Of a DNA stretch of 33,681 nucleotides, positions 18,787-27,548 are shown piece by piece. The first letter of the stretch is position 1, and the number at the start of each line of letters is the position of its first letter. Below the pieces are notes generated by a model. It saw nothing but the letters and a program-made list of their open reading frames with translations, did no database searches and was not told where the DNA came from. Where the stretch lies: positions 1-33,681 of the forward strand of contig CAZJUB010000017.1 in the NCBI GenBank assembly GCA_964549075.1. The letters are read 5' to 3'. Both the position numbers and the translations under genes were made by a program. This DNA comes from an uncultured archaeon (GTDB lineage Archaea; Asgardarchaeota; Heimdallarchaeia; Heimdallarchaeales; Heimdallarchaeaceae).

Positions 18787-20522
18787 TGGTCTTAGGTGAA
18801 GAAAAACCCAAGTTTGATTTCGAACTAAAAATGAGAACATCTTTGTTGAGAACAGAAAAATGGCTCTCTAAAAAAAATGTTCTTTCAATTGGTAAAGTGC
18901 TTACAGTTAGTATATTCGTTCTCCTTGTCTTAGGACCTATCTTCTATCTTCTATTACAGATAATTCTAAGCTGGAAGGATATTAAAGCAACTGTATTTAA
19001 TGATCCAATACTTGGAAATGAAGCATTTTTGATGATGCTGAGATCAATAGGTTTGTCATTAAAAGTTGCTGCAATTGTTACAGTTTTTGATATAATTATA
19101 GGAATACCCATAGCTTGGATTTTAGCAAGATATCAGTTTAGAGGAAAAAATATTCTGGATACTCTAGTAGATATACCCATGTCAGTACCTACTAGCGCAT
19201 TAGGTTTTTCTATTTATCTGTTTTGGGGAACTAATAATGGGATTTCACGTTTATTTAATTCTGAAGTAGGGCTTGTATCACAAGGTACATTACTCATCAT
19301 ATTAGCTCATGTAGCTTTCACATTCCCTTATGTTACAAGATCAATTAGAGGTATTATAGAAGATTTAGATTTAAACTTAGAAAAAGCTGCCAGAACTTTA
19401 GGTGCACCTCCATTTACAGTCGCTAGAATGATCTCTTTACCTTTGGTTAAAGAGGGTCTACTAGCTGGTATCGTACTTGCATTTACTAGGTCACTCGGAG
19501 AAACAGGTGCAACATTAATTGTAAGTGGTGTCTATCAAACTGCACCTGTTGTTATTGTCAGTTGGATGAAAGGATTGAAAATTCCCACAACAGCATTTCT
19601 AGCCTTTATATTAATTATAATCAGTTTAGCTCTGTTAGCTTTTGTTCGTTTATTTGCTAGAAAAGTAGGTCTTCCTTGGAGAAAAGTCTTTCCAAAATTC
19701 GAGAGAAAATTGAGCTCAAAACCAGTTAAATACACTCGTGATGGCATTTCGTTATTTCTATTCTTTATTATAGTGTTTATCCCAGCATTATTTGTGATAA
19801 TATTTCTCTTTCAATGGTGGGGAGGATCACCATTCTCAGGAGATCCTCAGGCTGGAATGATTTATCAAGTATTTCAAGCACCAGACCAGAAGATTACTGA
19901 AATTACGCATGCTCTTATAACTTCAGTTGAGATAGCTCTTATTGTTACTATTGTTAACCTACTTATTGCTACTCCGATGGCGTTTTTTATTTCTAAAATG
20001 AGAAACAAGAAATTAAAAGGATTCATGGATATACTGATAGATATACCACTTGTTATACCTAGTTCTGCCTTAGGTTTTAGCATCTTTTTCTTGTGGGGCT
20101 CAAATGGTATGCATATCTTATCTCCAGGATTTATGATGATAATCGTAGCTCACATCTCATTTACGTACTCATATTGTGTACGTCCTCTAATAGGGTCTTT
20201 TGATGCTATTCCAACGATGTATGACGAGGCTGCTGTAGCTTTTGGAGCATCGAAAGTTACTGCGTTTAGAAAAGTAACTTTACCATTTTTGAAAAGTGGT
20301 ATATTGGCAGCAGCAATAATGACATTTACAAGATCTATGAGTGAAACAGGAGCAACAATAATTTGTATGGGTGTTGAACGAACAATACCTGTTCTTCTAG
20401 TTGATTTCTTTGAGTCATCAACCTTTCCAGCAGCAGCATTTGCATCGACAATTTTAATCTTAATCTCATTCCTGTTATTGCTTCTATTACGATTCGTCAC
20501 AAGGAGGCAAAAAAATGAGTGA
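18786..20522 (+). CDS. ABC permease with two fused TM domains (CysT/W, ModB/WtpB-like)
   Basis: Two repeats of DIP..VP(T/S)SALG, EAA loops (EKAARTLGA; DEAAVAFGA) and FTRS(L/M)(G/S)ETGAT. Start overlaps the SBP stop. Confidence 0.92.
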   Translation: MVLGEEKPKFDFELKMRTSLLRTEKWLSKKNVLSIGKVLTVSIFVLLVLGPIFYLLLQIILSWKDIKATVFNDPILGNEAFLMMLRSIGLSLKVAAIVTVFDIIIGIPIAWILARYQFRGKNILDTLVDIPMSVPTSALGFSIYLFWGTNNGISRLFNSEVGLVSQGTLLIILAHVAFTFPYVTRSIRGIIEDLDLNLEKAARTLGAPPFTVARMISLPLVKEGLLAGIVLAFTRSLGETGATLIVSGVYQTAPVVIVSWMKGLKIPTTAFLAFILIIISLALLAFVRLFARKVGLPWRKVFPKFERKLSSKPVKYTRDGISLFLFFIIVFIPALFVIIFLFQWWGGSPFSGDPQAGMIYQVFQAPDQKITEITHALITSVEIALIVTIVNLLIATPMAFFISKMRNKKLKGFMDILIDIPLVIPSSALGFSIFFLWGSNGMHILSPGFMMIIVAHISFTYSYCVRPLIGSFDAIPTMYDEAAVAFGASKVTAFRKVTLPFLKSGILAAAIMTFTRSMSETGATIICMGVERTIPVLLVDFFESSTFPAAAFASTILILISFLLLLLLRFVTRRQKNE

Positions 20523-21621
20523 TATTAGATTTCAACATGTAACCAAGGTTTTTGGAAAGAAAGTTGAAGCAGTTAAAGATCTAAGTTTTATTATTAAAGA
20601 TGGAGAATATGTGTCACTTATTGGTCCTTCAGGATGTGGAAAAACCACCACGTTACGATTGCTTGCAGGAACAATCTTACCTACAGAAGGACAAATCTTC
20701 TTTGATGATAAACCAATGGAAGACGTTCGAATACAAGATCGAAACATAGGTTTTGTCTTCCAACACTTTGCTATCTTTCCACATATGACAGTAAGGGAAA
20801 ACATAGGTTATAGTCCAACTGTAAGAGGAAAAAGTAAGAATGAGATTGAGCACCAAGTAGAGAGTGCACTTAAATCAGTTCAATTAAGTGATAAAGCTGA
20901 TCTTTATCCTCTTTCTCTCTCTGCTCCTGATTGGCAAAAAACTGCACTTGCACGCGTTTTAGCATCGGAAGCAAGAATACTTCTTCTAGATGAACCTTTA
21001 GGAGCATTAGACCAGAAAATACGCGAGGAATTTCAAGTTTTTCTGCGGAATCTGGTGAAAAAAGAAAAGCTCACAGCAGTTCATGTTACACATGATCAAG
21101 CTGAAGCATTAACGATAAGTGATAAAGTAGCTGTAATGAACAAAGGGAAACTCATACAACTGGGTTCCCCATCTGATTTAGTATACAATCCTAACCATAT
21201 TTTCACCTCTTTCTTTGTTGGTGAATCTGATTTCTTAATAGGCATAGTAGTGGATGATAAACAAAAAGAAGCAGAAGTAAAAATAGGACAATCTGTTATT
21301 CGAACACATAATACTGGAATATCGAAAGGGAAAAGAGTAGCTGTAGCAGTTAGAAGAGAGTTTTTCCAAATAGAGAAGATCATAAATGGTAAGCAATTAG
21401 ACAACTCTATAAAAGGTACAATTATAGAAGATCAATTTCTGGGTATTCTTCGTAGAGTTAGAATATTATTAGAAAATCAGCAAATTATAGAAGCAAAAAT
21501 TCATGCTAAACATCCAATATACTTTGAAGAAAAAGAACCAGTAAGAATAAGGATTGATCCAACAGCAAGTAGATGCTTTGAATATCCTAAAGATGGTATT
21601 GCTTCAGCATTGGAGATGTGA
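20515..21621 (+). CDS. ABC ATP-binding subunit 1 (PotA/CysA-like, TOBE tail) with degenerate signature motif
   Basis: GPSGCGKTT, FVFQ, LLLDEP, VTHD; signature reads LSAPDWQK. Confidence 0.92.
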   Translation: MSDIRFQHVTKVFGKKVEAVKDLSFIIKDGEYVSLIGPSGCGKTTTLRLLAGTILPTEGQIFFDDKPMEDVRIQDRNIGFVFQHFAIFPHMTVRENIGYSPTVRGKSKNEIEHQVESALKSVQLSDKADLYPLSLSAPDWQKTALARVLASEARILLLDEPLGALDQKIREEFQVFLRNLVKKEKLTAVHVTHDQAEALTISDKVAVMNKGKLIQLGSPSDLVYNPNHIFTSFFVGESDFLIGIVVDDKQKEAEVKIGQSVIRTHNTGISKGKRVAVAVRREFFQIEKIINGKQLDNSIKGTIIEDQFLGILRRVRILLENQQIIEAKIHAKHPIYFEEKEPVRIRIDPTASRCFEYPKDGIASALEM

Positions 21622-21625
21622 TAAA

Positions 21626-22714
21626 ATGGTCAAAGTCGAATTGAAAGATGTAACAAAGTACTATGGAAAGATACGAGGAGTTGAAAACATTAATCTTTCA
21701 ATTAAAGATGGCGAATACCTGGCTGTTTTAGGAGCAACGGGTGCAGGAAAAACCACCACGATGTATCTTTTGGCAGGCTTATTATCTCCATCATCAGGAT
21801 CAATACTGTTTGATGATAAAGATGTTACTGATATGCCAGCAGAAGACAGAGAAGTGGGTTTCGTTTTTGAAGAATACAACCTTTTCCCAAGAATGATAGT
21901 TGAAGATAATGTTCTTTTTGGTCCAATTGTAAAAGATCTTGACCTAACAGAATCTAAACAAGTTGCTAAAGAATTATTCGATCTTCTTAATATTATGGGA
22001 AAAGAAAAAAATTATCCAGATGAAATAAGTGGAGGGCAGAAGCAAAGAGTCGCACTAGCGCGTGCTATTCTCTCTAACGCCAAATTACTGGTTATGGATG
22101 ATCCATTAAGAGCATTAGACGCTAAGATTAGGGAGATATTACAAATAGAACTGCGCAAACTCGTAAAAGATCTTGGTTTAACTTGTATTCATGCAACACA
22201 TGATACTCACGAAGCGATGAGAGTAGCAGACAGAATAGCGGTATTTAGGAATGGAAAAATCATCCAAATTGGTTCTCCTGAAGAGGTATATAATCATCCT
22301 CAGTCTTTGTATGTAACAGATTTTCTAGGAGAAAGCACTTCAATCGAAGGTACAATTAAGAAAAAGAAAAATGAATCTTATCTACTCACTAATAGTGGTT
22401 TAGAGTTGAAAATAGAAACTAATTTGAAAGATAATCAAGCTGCTATAGCCCTTGTTCCATCAGAACTTTTGGACGTGTTTGATATGAAAGAAAGAGCTAG
22501 ACTAAATTATGATAATATAATAGAAGGAAAAATTCTCCATTCAAAATGTGTTGGAGAATTTAATGAAGTCGAAATAATAATAAAGGATATCAAATTCAAA
22601 GCCAAGGATTTGATTGGTAAGGACATCCCATTAAAAGTGGGAACAAAAGTTTTAGTTGCAACAGATAAGGATGATTACCGTGTGTTTCAAAAAGAGGAGG
22701 ATAATGAATTATGA
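21626..22714 (+). CDS. ABC ATP-binding subunit 2 with degenerate Walker B and Q-loop
   Basis: GATGAGKTT, FVFEEY, ISGGQKQR, LVMDDP, ATHD. ATG 21626 is 4 bp after the previous stop; track start 21554 overlaps the upstream gene. Confidence 0.92.
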   Translation: MVKVELKDVTKYYGKIRGVENINLSIKDGEYLAVLGATGAGKTTTMYLLAGLLSPSSGSILFDDKDVTDMPAEDREVGFVFEEYNLFPRMIVEDNVLFGPIVKDLDLTESKQVAKELFDLLNIMGKEKNYPDEISGGQKQRVALARAILSNAKLLVMDDPLRALDAKIREILQIELRKLVKDLGLTCIHATHDTHEAMRVADRIAVFRNGKIIQIGSPEEVYNHPQSLYVTDFLGESTSIEGTIKKKKNESYLLTNSGLELKIETNLKDNQAAIALVPSELLDVFDMKERARLNYDNIIEGKILHSKCVGEFNEVEIIIKDIKFKAKDLIGKDIPLKVGTKVLVATDKDDYRVFQKEEDNEL

Positions 22715-22795
22715 GAATTAGTAAAAAAACAAGGAAAATTAATAAACAAACTTCTGTAAATAAAGCTATAGATTCCTTTGAAGAGGTGATTTAGA

Positions 22796-23464
22796 ATGAG
22801 CACTAAAGAACTTAAACAATGGTTAAGCAAGAGGAGAGAATCAAAAATTCTCAAACGAATACGTGATCACCTGATTTATGTTGATAGTTGTATTGTCAAA
22901 GGAAAAGATTTCTATAAATTCTGGATAGCTAAAGATGAAGAAGCTTCGAATAACATGTATGAAATTATACACCAAGAAGAAAAAACTGCAGATAGTGTGG
23001 AAGCAGAAATCATAGATATGCTTTCAGAGGGTACAACTCCAGAATATGTACGTACTGATTTGATGAATTTTATTAGACTAGCTGATAGAGCTGCAGGAAA
23101 TGCAAAACGAGGAGTAAAGAATCTACTTCTGCTCATTAACCATAAGTTCCCTAAAGGAGTTAACGATATAATAGGTAAAATTTTTGACTTACTTGCTGAG
23201 CAAATTGATGCATTCATAAAAGTTTTTGATTCGATGTTCAAAGTTGAACATCCTAAACTATTGGAATTAATATCAAAAGTTGATAAGTATGAGTCAGAAA
23301 TAGATAAGTTATATGCTGACTTAAAATACGAAATAGCATACAATTCGGGAGATGTACCTGCAGGAGCATTGATCATTCTAGATCATGCAATAAAAGATTT
23401 AGAAGATGTTTCTGATCTGGTTGAAGATTGTGCAGATCTGGTGCGAAGTATTGTATTATTGTAA
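22796..23464 (+). CDS. DUF47 / PhoU-like phosphate-transport regulator family protein
   Basis: Duplicated helical halves EEKTADSV...R.DL...ADR and YESEIDKL...LEDVSDLVEDCAD; RBS GAGGTGA. Confidence 0.85.
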   Translation: MSTKELKQWLSKRRESKILKRIRDHLIYVDSCIVKGKDFYKFWIAKDEEASNNMYEIIHQEEKTADSVEAEIIDMLSEGTTPEYVRTDLMNFIRLADRAAGNAKRGVKNLLLLINHKFPKGVNDIIGKIFDLLAEQIDAFIKVFDSMFKVEHPKLLELISKVDKYESEIDKLYADLKYEIAYNSGDVPAGALIILDHAIKDLEDVSDLVEDCADLVRSIVLL

Positions 23465-23502
23465 AACAGTATAAATTAGGAAAAATGAGAAGTTAAATCT
23501 CA

Positions 23503-23931
23503 TTAGATATAACTGCTATTTATGGTTTTTACGGGACCACCACACTCAGGACATTCTCTTTCTGCATCAAGAACTTCATATCCGCAATACTCGCAGAATC
23601 GTGGTTTTTTAGCTCCTGAAGGTTTATATCCTGGTGCATATGGACCGATTTTTGATAGTTTAAAGCTCTGTAGCGAACTCATCATCTTACCTTTTCTCTT
23701 GAAAATCATTATTAATAAAGTTGGTAGTATAACTATCGGAACGTATCCTATAGAACCCCAGAGAATATACAAACCACGCCACATTATGTCAAGATCAGTT
23801 GGAATATCACCAAAAATACCAGAAAATATAAAATAAAACGCAGTAATAAATCCTGCAATCAGGATAAGTATCTCAATTATAAATATAATCTTAAATGGAC
23901 CTTTTTTCTCTTTTTTAGTTTCAGTACTCAT
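23503..23931 (-). CDS. 2-TM membrane protein with C-terminal zinc ribbon
   Basis: Basic N-terminus, two TM helices, CEYCGY-x8-CPECGG. ATG 23931 is preferred over track start 24057. Confidence 0.75.
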   Translation of the reverse strand: MSTETKKEKKGPFKIIFIIEILILIAGFITAFYFIFSGIFGDIPTDLDIMWRGLYILWGSIGYVPIVILPTLLIMIFKRKGKMMSSLQSFKLSKIGPYAPGYKPSGAKKPRFCEYCGYEVLDAERECPECGGPVKTINSSYI

Positions 23932-24066
23932 CTTGATATTTTCTTTTTCAAATAAGTTAATAAAGTTTGAGATGAAATCCGTTGAAAACCTAAATTTATC
24001 TTCTAAGGTTGATTTTGCATCATTTTTATAAGTGTATGAGTATAGTTCAACTCTCAAGGTGAGAAA

Positions 24067-25107
24067 ATGCTAGTTAAGAAGAAATTGCTTAGACTATTTC
24101 TATTAATTTTCTTTGTTTCTGTTCTTACTTTCAGAACAAATAACTATTTTAGAGTTAATTCTTATAATGATCCCATACAGATTCTTGTCATAGTTGATGA
24201 TGATTATGGTGCTAATGTCTTTCCTATTATTCAGCAGTTCGAGGATTTTGGATGGAATGTTACTGTTGCTGGACTTAAAAAAACATTAACTTCTTGTCTC
24301 TTTATTGATTATGACACAATGGAAACTGAAGTTATACTAACTGATATCTCGGATGTTACGGTTTTTGATGCTTTGAGTGTTTTACCCGGAAATTCCCATG
24401 TAAACTTACTCGCTAATCAGACGGCTCTAGATTTAATAAAAGCTGCAGATGAAGCTAATCTTGTTATTAGTGGTTGGTGTAAAGCTGTAAGAGTTCTTGC
24501 TTATGCAGATGTACTTGATGGGCATAATGTTACAGGACATGCTAATTTCATTAGCGACTATGAGGCAGCTGGTGCAACATATGTTGGTGATGATGTATTA
24601 CCAGTAATCGATGATAATATAGTTACAAGTGTACGAAGTACTTATTATAGAAATCAGATCTGTAATGCAATTGGTAAAGCGATAGGAGTCTTTGAATCTA
24701 ATGTTCCAATTTTAAACGATATTACTGTAACTTTTGATTCAACAAATCACAAATTAATCACATTGGCATTTGATGTCTCTGATGAGTCCATCCTTCTCTA
24801 TGTTAAGATAAAAGCATTTGAAGTGAATACAACAACTGGAGAACGATTGTCTCCTTTATACTCTTCTTATTACCAAGTTTTAAATAATCACGAACCAGGG
24901 ATCTGTAGCTGTACGTTTGATATGAAGATTGGTTCATATGAAGTGGATTTTGAGGTTTCTGACATCTATTATAATGTATTCTCCATACAAAATTGTACTT
25001 TTGTAGAGGTATTGGATGAAGTAACAGAAACAGAGTGGAATATGTTTTTGGCAATCAGTTTGCCAATGTTGTGTGTTATAGCATTGATTTATAAAAAAAG
25101 AAGATAA
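24067..25107 (+). CDS. Secreted/membrane-anchored DJ-1/PfpI family protein
   Basis: Signal-like N-terminus, FDALSVLPG, ISGWCKAVRVLA, VIDDNIVTS, beta-rich C-terminal domain, then TM plus KKRR. Confidence 0.8.
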   Translation: MLVKKKLLRLFLLIFFVSVLTFRTNNYFRVNSYNDPIQILVIVDDDYGANVFPIIQQFEDFGWNVTVAGLKKTLTSCLFIDYDTMETEVILTDISDVTVFDALSVLPGNSHVNLLANQTALDLIKAADEANLVISGWCKAVRVLAYADVLDGHNVTGHANFISDYEAAGATYVGDDVLPVIDDNIVTSVRSTYYRNQICNAIGKAIGVFESNVPILNDITVTFDSTNHKLITLAFDVSDESILLYVKIKAFEVNTTTGERLSPLYSSYYQVLNNHEPGICSCTFDMKIGSYEVDFEVSDIYYNVFSIQNCTFVEVLDEVTETEWNMFLAISLPMLCVIALIYKKRR

Positions 25108-25122
25108 GTAGTTCCTTGTGAA

Positions 25123-26334
25123 CTATATTATTTTCATTTTTTTTCCTACATGTTCAAAAATATGTATAGCGTCATCTACAATTTCAGGCGACATTGTAGC
25201 AATATAGGAAGTTCTTATTAGCGCTCTTCCTTTAGGAGTTGCTGGATATACCACTGGATTGGAGAATATACCTAAAGGTTTGTAGTTAAATAATTCTTTA
25301 AAGAATTTCATGGTTTTTCTCGCTTCACCTACAATCAGCGGAATTATGGCTGTACTAGAGTCACCAACATTATAACCGATATCATGAAGATTTTCTCTCA
25401 TATTGTGAGAAATGGATAAAACATGTTTTCTAAGGGATTCATCTTTCTCAATAATATCTAAAACTGCTAAAACTGTGGCGCAATTTGCAGGTGGGGGACT
25501 AGCTGAGAAAATAAAAGCTCTTGCTCTATGTCTTATCCAATTACATATCGCTTCATTTGCTGCCACATACCCTCCTATGGTTGCAAAACTCTTCGAAAAA
25601 GTTCCCATACTAATGCCTACTTTATCTACCAAATTAAAATGAGCTGCAGTTCCTCTACCATGAGGACCCATTACACCAACAGAATGGGCATCATCAAGAT
25701 AGATTCCAGCGTCATAATCTTCTGCTAAATCAACCATTTCTTTAAGTTTTACAATATCCCCCTCCATAGAGAAGACTCCATCTGAGACAATTAATCCTTT
25801 ACCTTTTGGAATCTCTTTCAGACATCTTTCTAAATCCGTCATGTCATTATGGTTATAGATCCTTTTATTGGTTTTATCCATTTTACCTAATCTTATGCCA
25901 TCAATTATAGAGGCATGATTTTGTTGATCAGAAAGAACCCATTCATCTTTTTCTGAAAGCATAGCAGAAATGGCACCTAAATTAGCTTGCATTCCAGTCG
26001 AAAAGACAACACAATCTTCTGTTCCAAAAAACTTGGCTAATCTTTCTTCCAGTTCAACATGAATTTCCATAGTACCATTAAGTAATCGAGAACCAGTTGA
26101 TCCTACTCCATATTCTTCTATAGCTTTTTGTGCTGCTTCCTTAACTTTAGGATGGGAAGTCATCCCCAAATAATTATTACTTCCCAGCATGATTACTTCG
26201 TTAGTATCCATTTGTACTACTGGATTTTGTTCTCCAGAAATTTTGTGAAAATACGGATAGATACCTGTTTTTTTTACTAGAGTGGGTTCACCAAAACGCA
26301 GATATTTATCACATTTTTTATAGAATTGTGCCAT
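25123..26334 (-). CDS. PLP-dependent alpha-oxoamine synthase, serine palmitoyltransferase-like
   Basis: GIYPYF, GSNNYLG, GSRLLNGT, NHASIIDG, FSMEGD, DDAHS, GTFSKS (PLP Lys), IFSAS, PATP, LIRTS. The family call is secure; the SPT specificity is inferred. Confidence 0.85.
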   Translation of the reverse strand: MAQFYKKCDKYLRFGEPTLVKKTGIYPYFHKISGEQNPVVQMDTNEVIMLGSNNYLGMTSHPKVKEAAQKAIEEYGVGSTGSRLLNGTMEIHVELEERLAKFFGTEDCVVFSTGMQANLGAISAMLSEKDEWVLSDQQNHASIIDGIRLGKMDKTNKRIYNHNDMTDLERCLKEIPKGKGLIVSDGVFSMEGDIVKLKEMVDLAEDYDAGIYLDDAHSVGVMGPHGRGTAAHFNLVDKVGISMGTFSKSFATIGGYVAANEAICNWIRHRARAFIFSASPPPANCATVLAVLDIIEKDESLRKHVLSISHNMRENLHDIGYNVGDSSTAIIPLIVGEARKTMKFFKELFNYKPLGIFSNPVVYPATPKGRALIRTSYIATMSPEIVDDAIHIFEHVGKKMKII

Positions 26335-26453
26335 TTTCCTTCTCCTACATTTTTTGAAGTGGTACTATATCTGTAATAGTTGTCATTTTTATAGGTATAA
26401 TATAAGTTTAATCCGGAAACGTTCATGATGAAATTGTCTAAAACTTCTGAAGT

Positions 26454-27275
26454 CTAAGTATCTCTCTTCTTAGGAACGCCATAGTATATTCTAGCAACAA
26501 AACTGTGAATAGTATATGGTAATAATCTCATCAAGATTCCAAAAAACTTGGTATCAGGTCCTCGTGTATATCGCGGTTTTGGTCTTTTAGCTTTAATTGC
26601 TCTTAGTACTGATTTTGCTACTTTCTTTGGTTTTGTTCCTTTTTGTTCCGCTTCATACATTATCTGAACAGCTCTTTGAGCATCTGAATCGTTTTCGTAA
26701 TTATCTGTATATTTTCTGCTAGCATTGAAATCTGTTCTAGTATCTCCTGGTTCTATGAGTGATACTTGAATATTGTCTCTTAACAACTCTATTTTTAGAG
26801 CATCAGAGTAAATTGCAAGTGCTGCTTTACTTGCACTATAAATCCCTTGAAAGGGTAATCCTAATCGTCCACCAAATGTTCCAATATTGATGATTCTGCC
26901 TTTTCCTTGTTTAATCATAGTAGGAACTACTTCTCTAATCATTCTGTGAGCACCAAAAAAATTGGTATCAAAGACATTTTTAACTTCTTCAATACTTGAA
27001 TCTTTAATTGCACCACAAAGTCCATAACCTGCATTATTCACTAAAATATCAATTTGACCTTCCTCTTTCAAAACTTCTTGAACACATTTTTTGATAGAAA
27101 CTTCATCTTGAACATCTAATTGAAGGTTAAGGTAACTTGTCTTTGGAGCACTATCTAGATTCCGAGTCGTACCATAGATTTTGTAACCTTTTTTCATTAA
27201 TAACTCAGCTATAGCAGTTCCTATACCACCTGAAGCACCGGTTAAAAGGACAATTTTAGGTTTCTGTATGCTCAT
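26454..27275 (-). CDS. Classical short-chain dehydrogenase/reductase (candidate 3-ketosphinganine reductase)
   Basis: TGASGGIG, NNAG, YSASK, EPGDTRTDF; co-oriented 119 bp upstream of the SPT-like gene. Confidence 0.88.
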   Translation of the reverse strand: MSIQKPKIVLLTGASGGIGTAIAELLMKKGYKIYGTTRNLDSAPKTSYLNLQLDVQDEVSIKKCVQEVLKEEGQIDILVNNAGYGLCGAIKDSSIEEVKNVFDTNFFGAHRMIREVVPTMIKQGKGRIINIGTFGGRLGLPFQGIYSASKAALAIYSDALKIELLRDNIQVSLIEPGDTRTDFNASRKYTDNYENDSDAQRAVQIMYEAEQKGTKPKKVAKSVLRAIKAKRPKPRYTRGPDTKFFGILMRLLPYTIHSFVARIYYGVPKKRDT

Positions 27276-27355
27276 AATAGAATTATTCTGGCACACTTGA
27301 TTTTAAACTTTACAGATTCTGAAAATATAATGGCTTAAGTGACAAGTTTTTTAAG

Positions 27356-27548
27356 TGAATAAAGGATAGATAGTTTGCCTTAGAGGTGACACAAAGTGTG
27401 GGATCGCGAAATTAACCACTAAAATTAATAGATTTTTGAATGATTTAGAGAAGAATCCTTGTGTTACCAATTTCAAAAAAATGTTTTCAAATGAATATCT
27501 CCTATCCTATTCAACATTGGAGGATTTAATGTGACACATAAGGATTCT
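27356..27548 (+). promoter_or_regulatory. Structured 5' leader of ileS with alternative pairings and an 8-codon uORF
   Basis: 27452-27468 is complementary both to 27385-27396 and to the ileS start region 27531-27548. The uORF at 27396-27422 (GTG, MWDREINH) follows GAGGTGA. Confidence 0.45.

Noticed and set aside
17536-22714. pstSCAB or modABC/wtpABC assignment
   Set aside because: The binding protein does not resemble PstS, ModA or WtpA by motif, and the ATPases are not PstB-like; substrate left open.
25123-26334. bioF or kbl assignment
   Set aside because: Motifs favour the SPT type and there are no bio or tdh genes nearby; not fully excluded without phylogeny or assay.
27396-27408. T-box riboswitch (GTGTGGGATCGCG resembles GGGTGGNACCGCG)
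   Set aside because: No complementary antiterminator strand, no recognisable Stem I or specifier upstream, and UGGG does not match the A discriminator of tRNA-Ile. Kept only as a generic structured leader.
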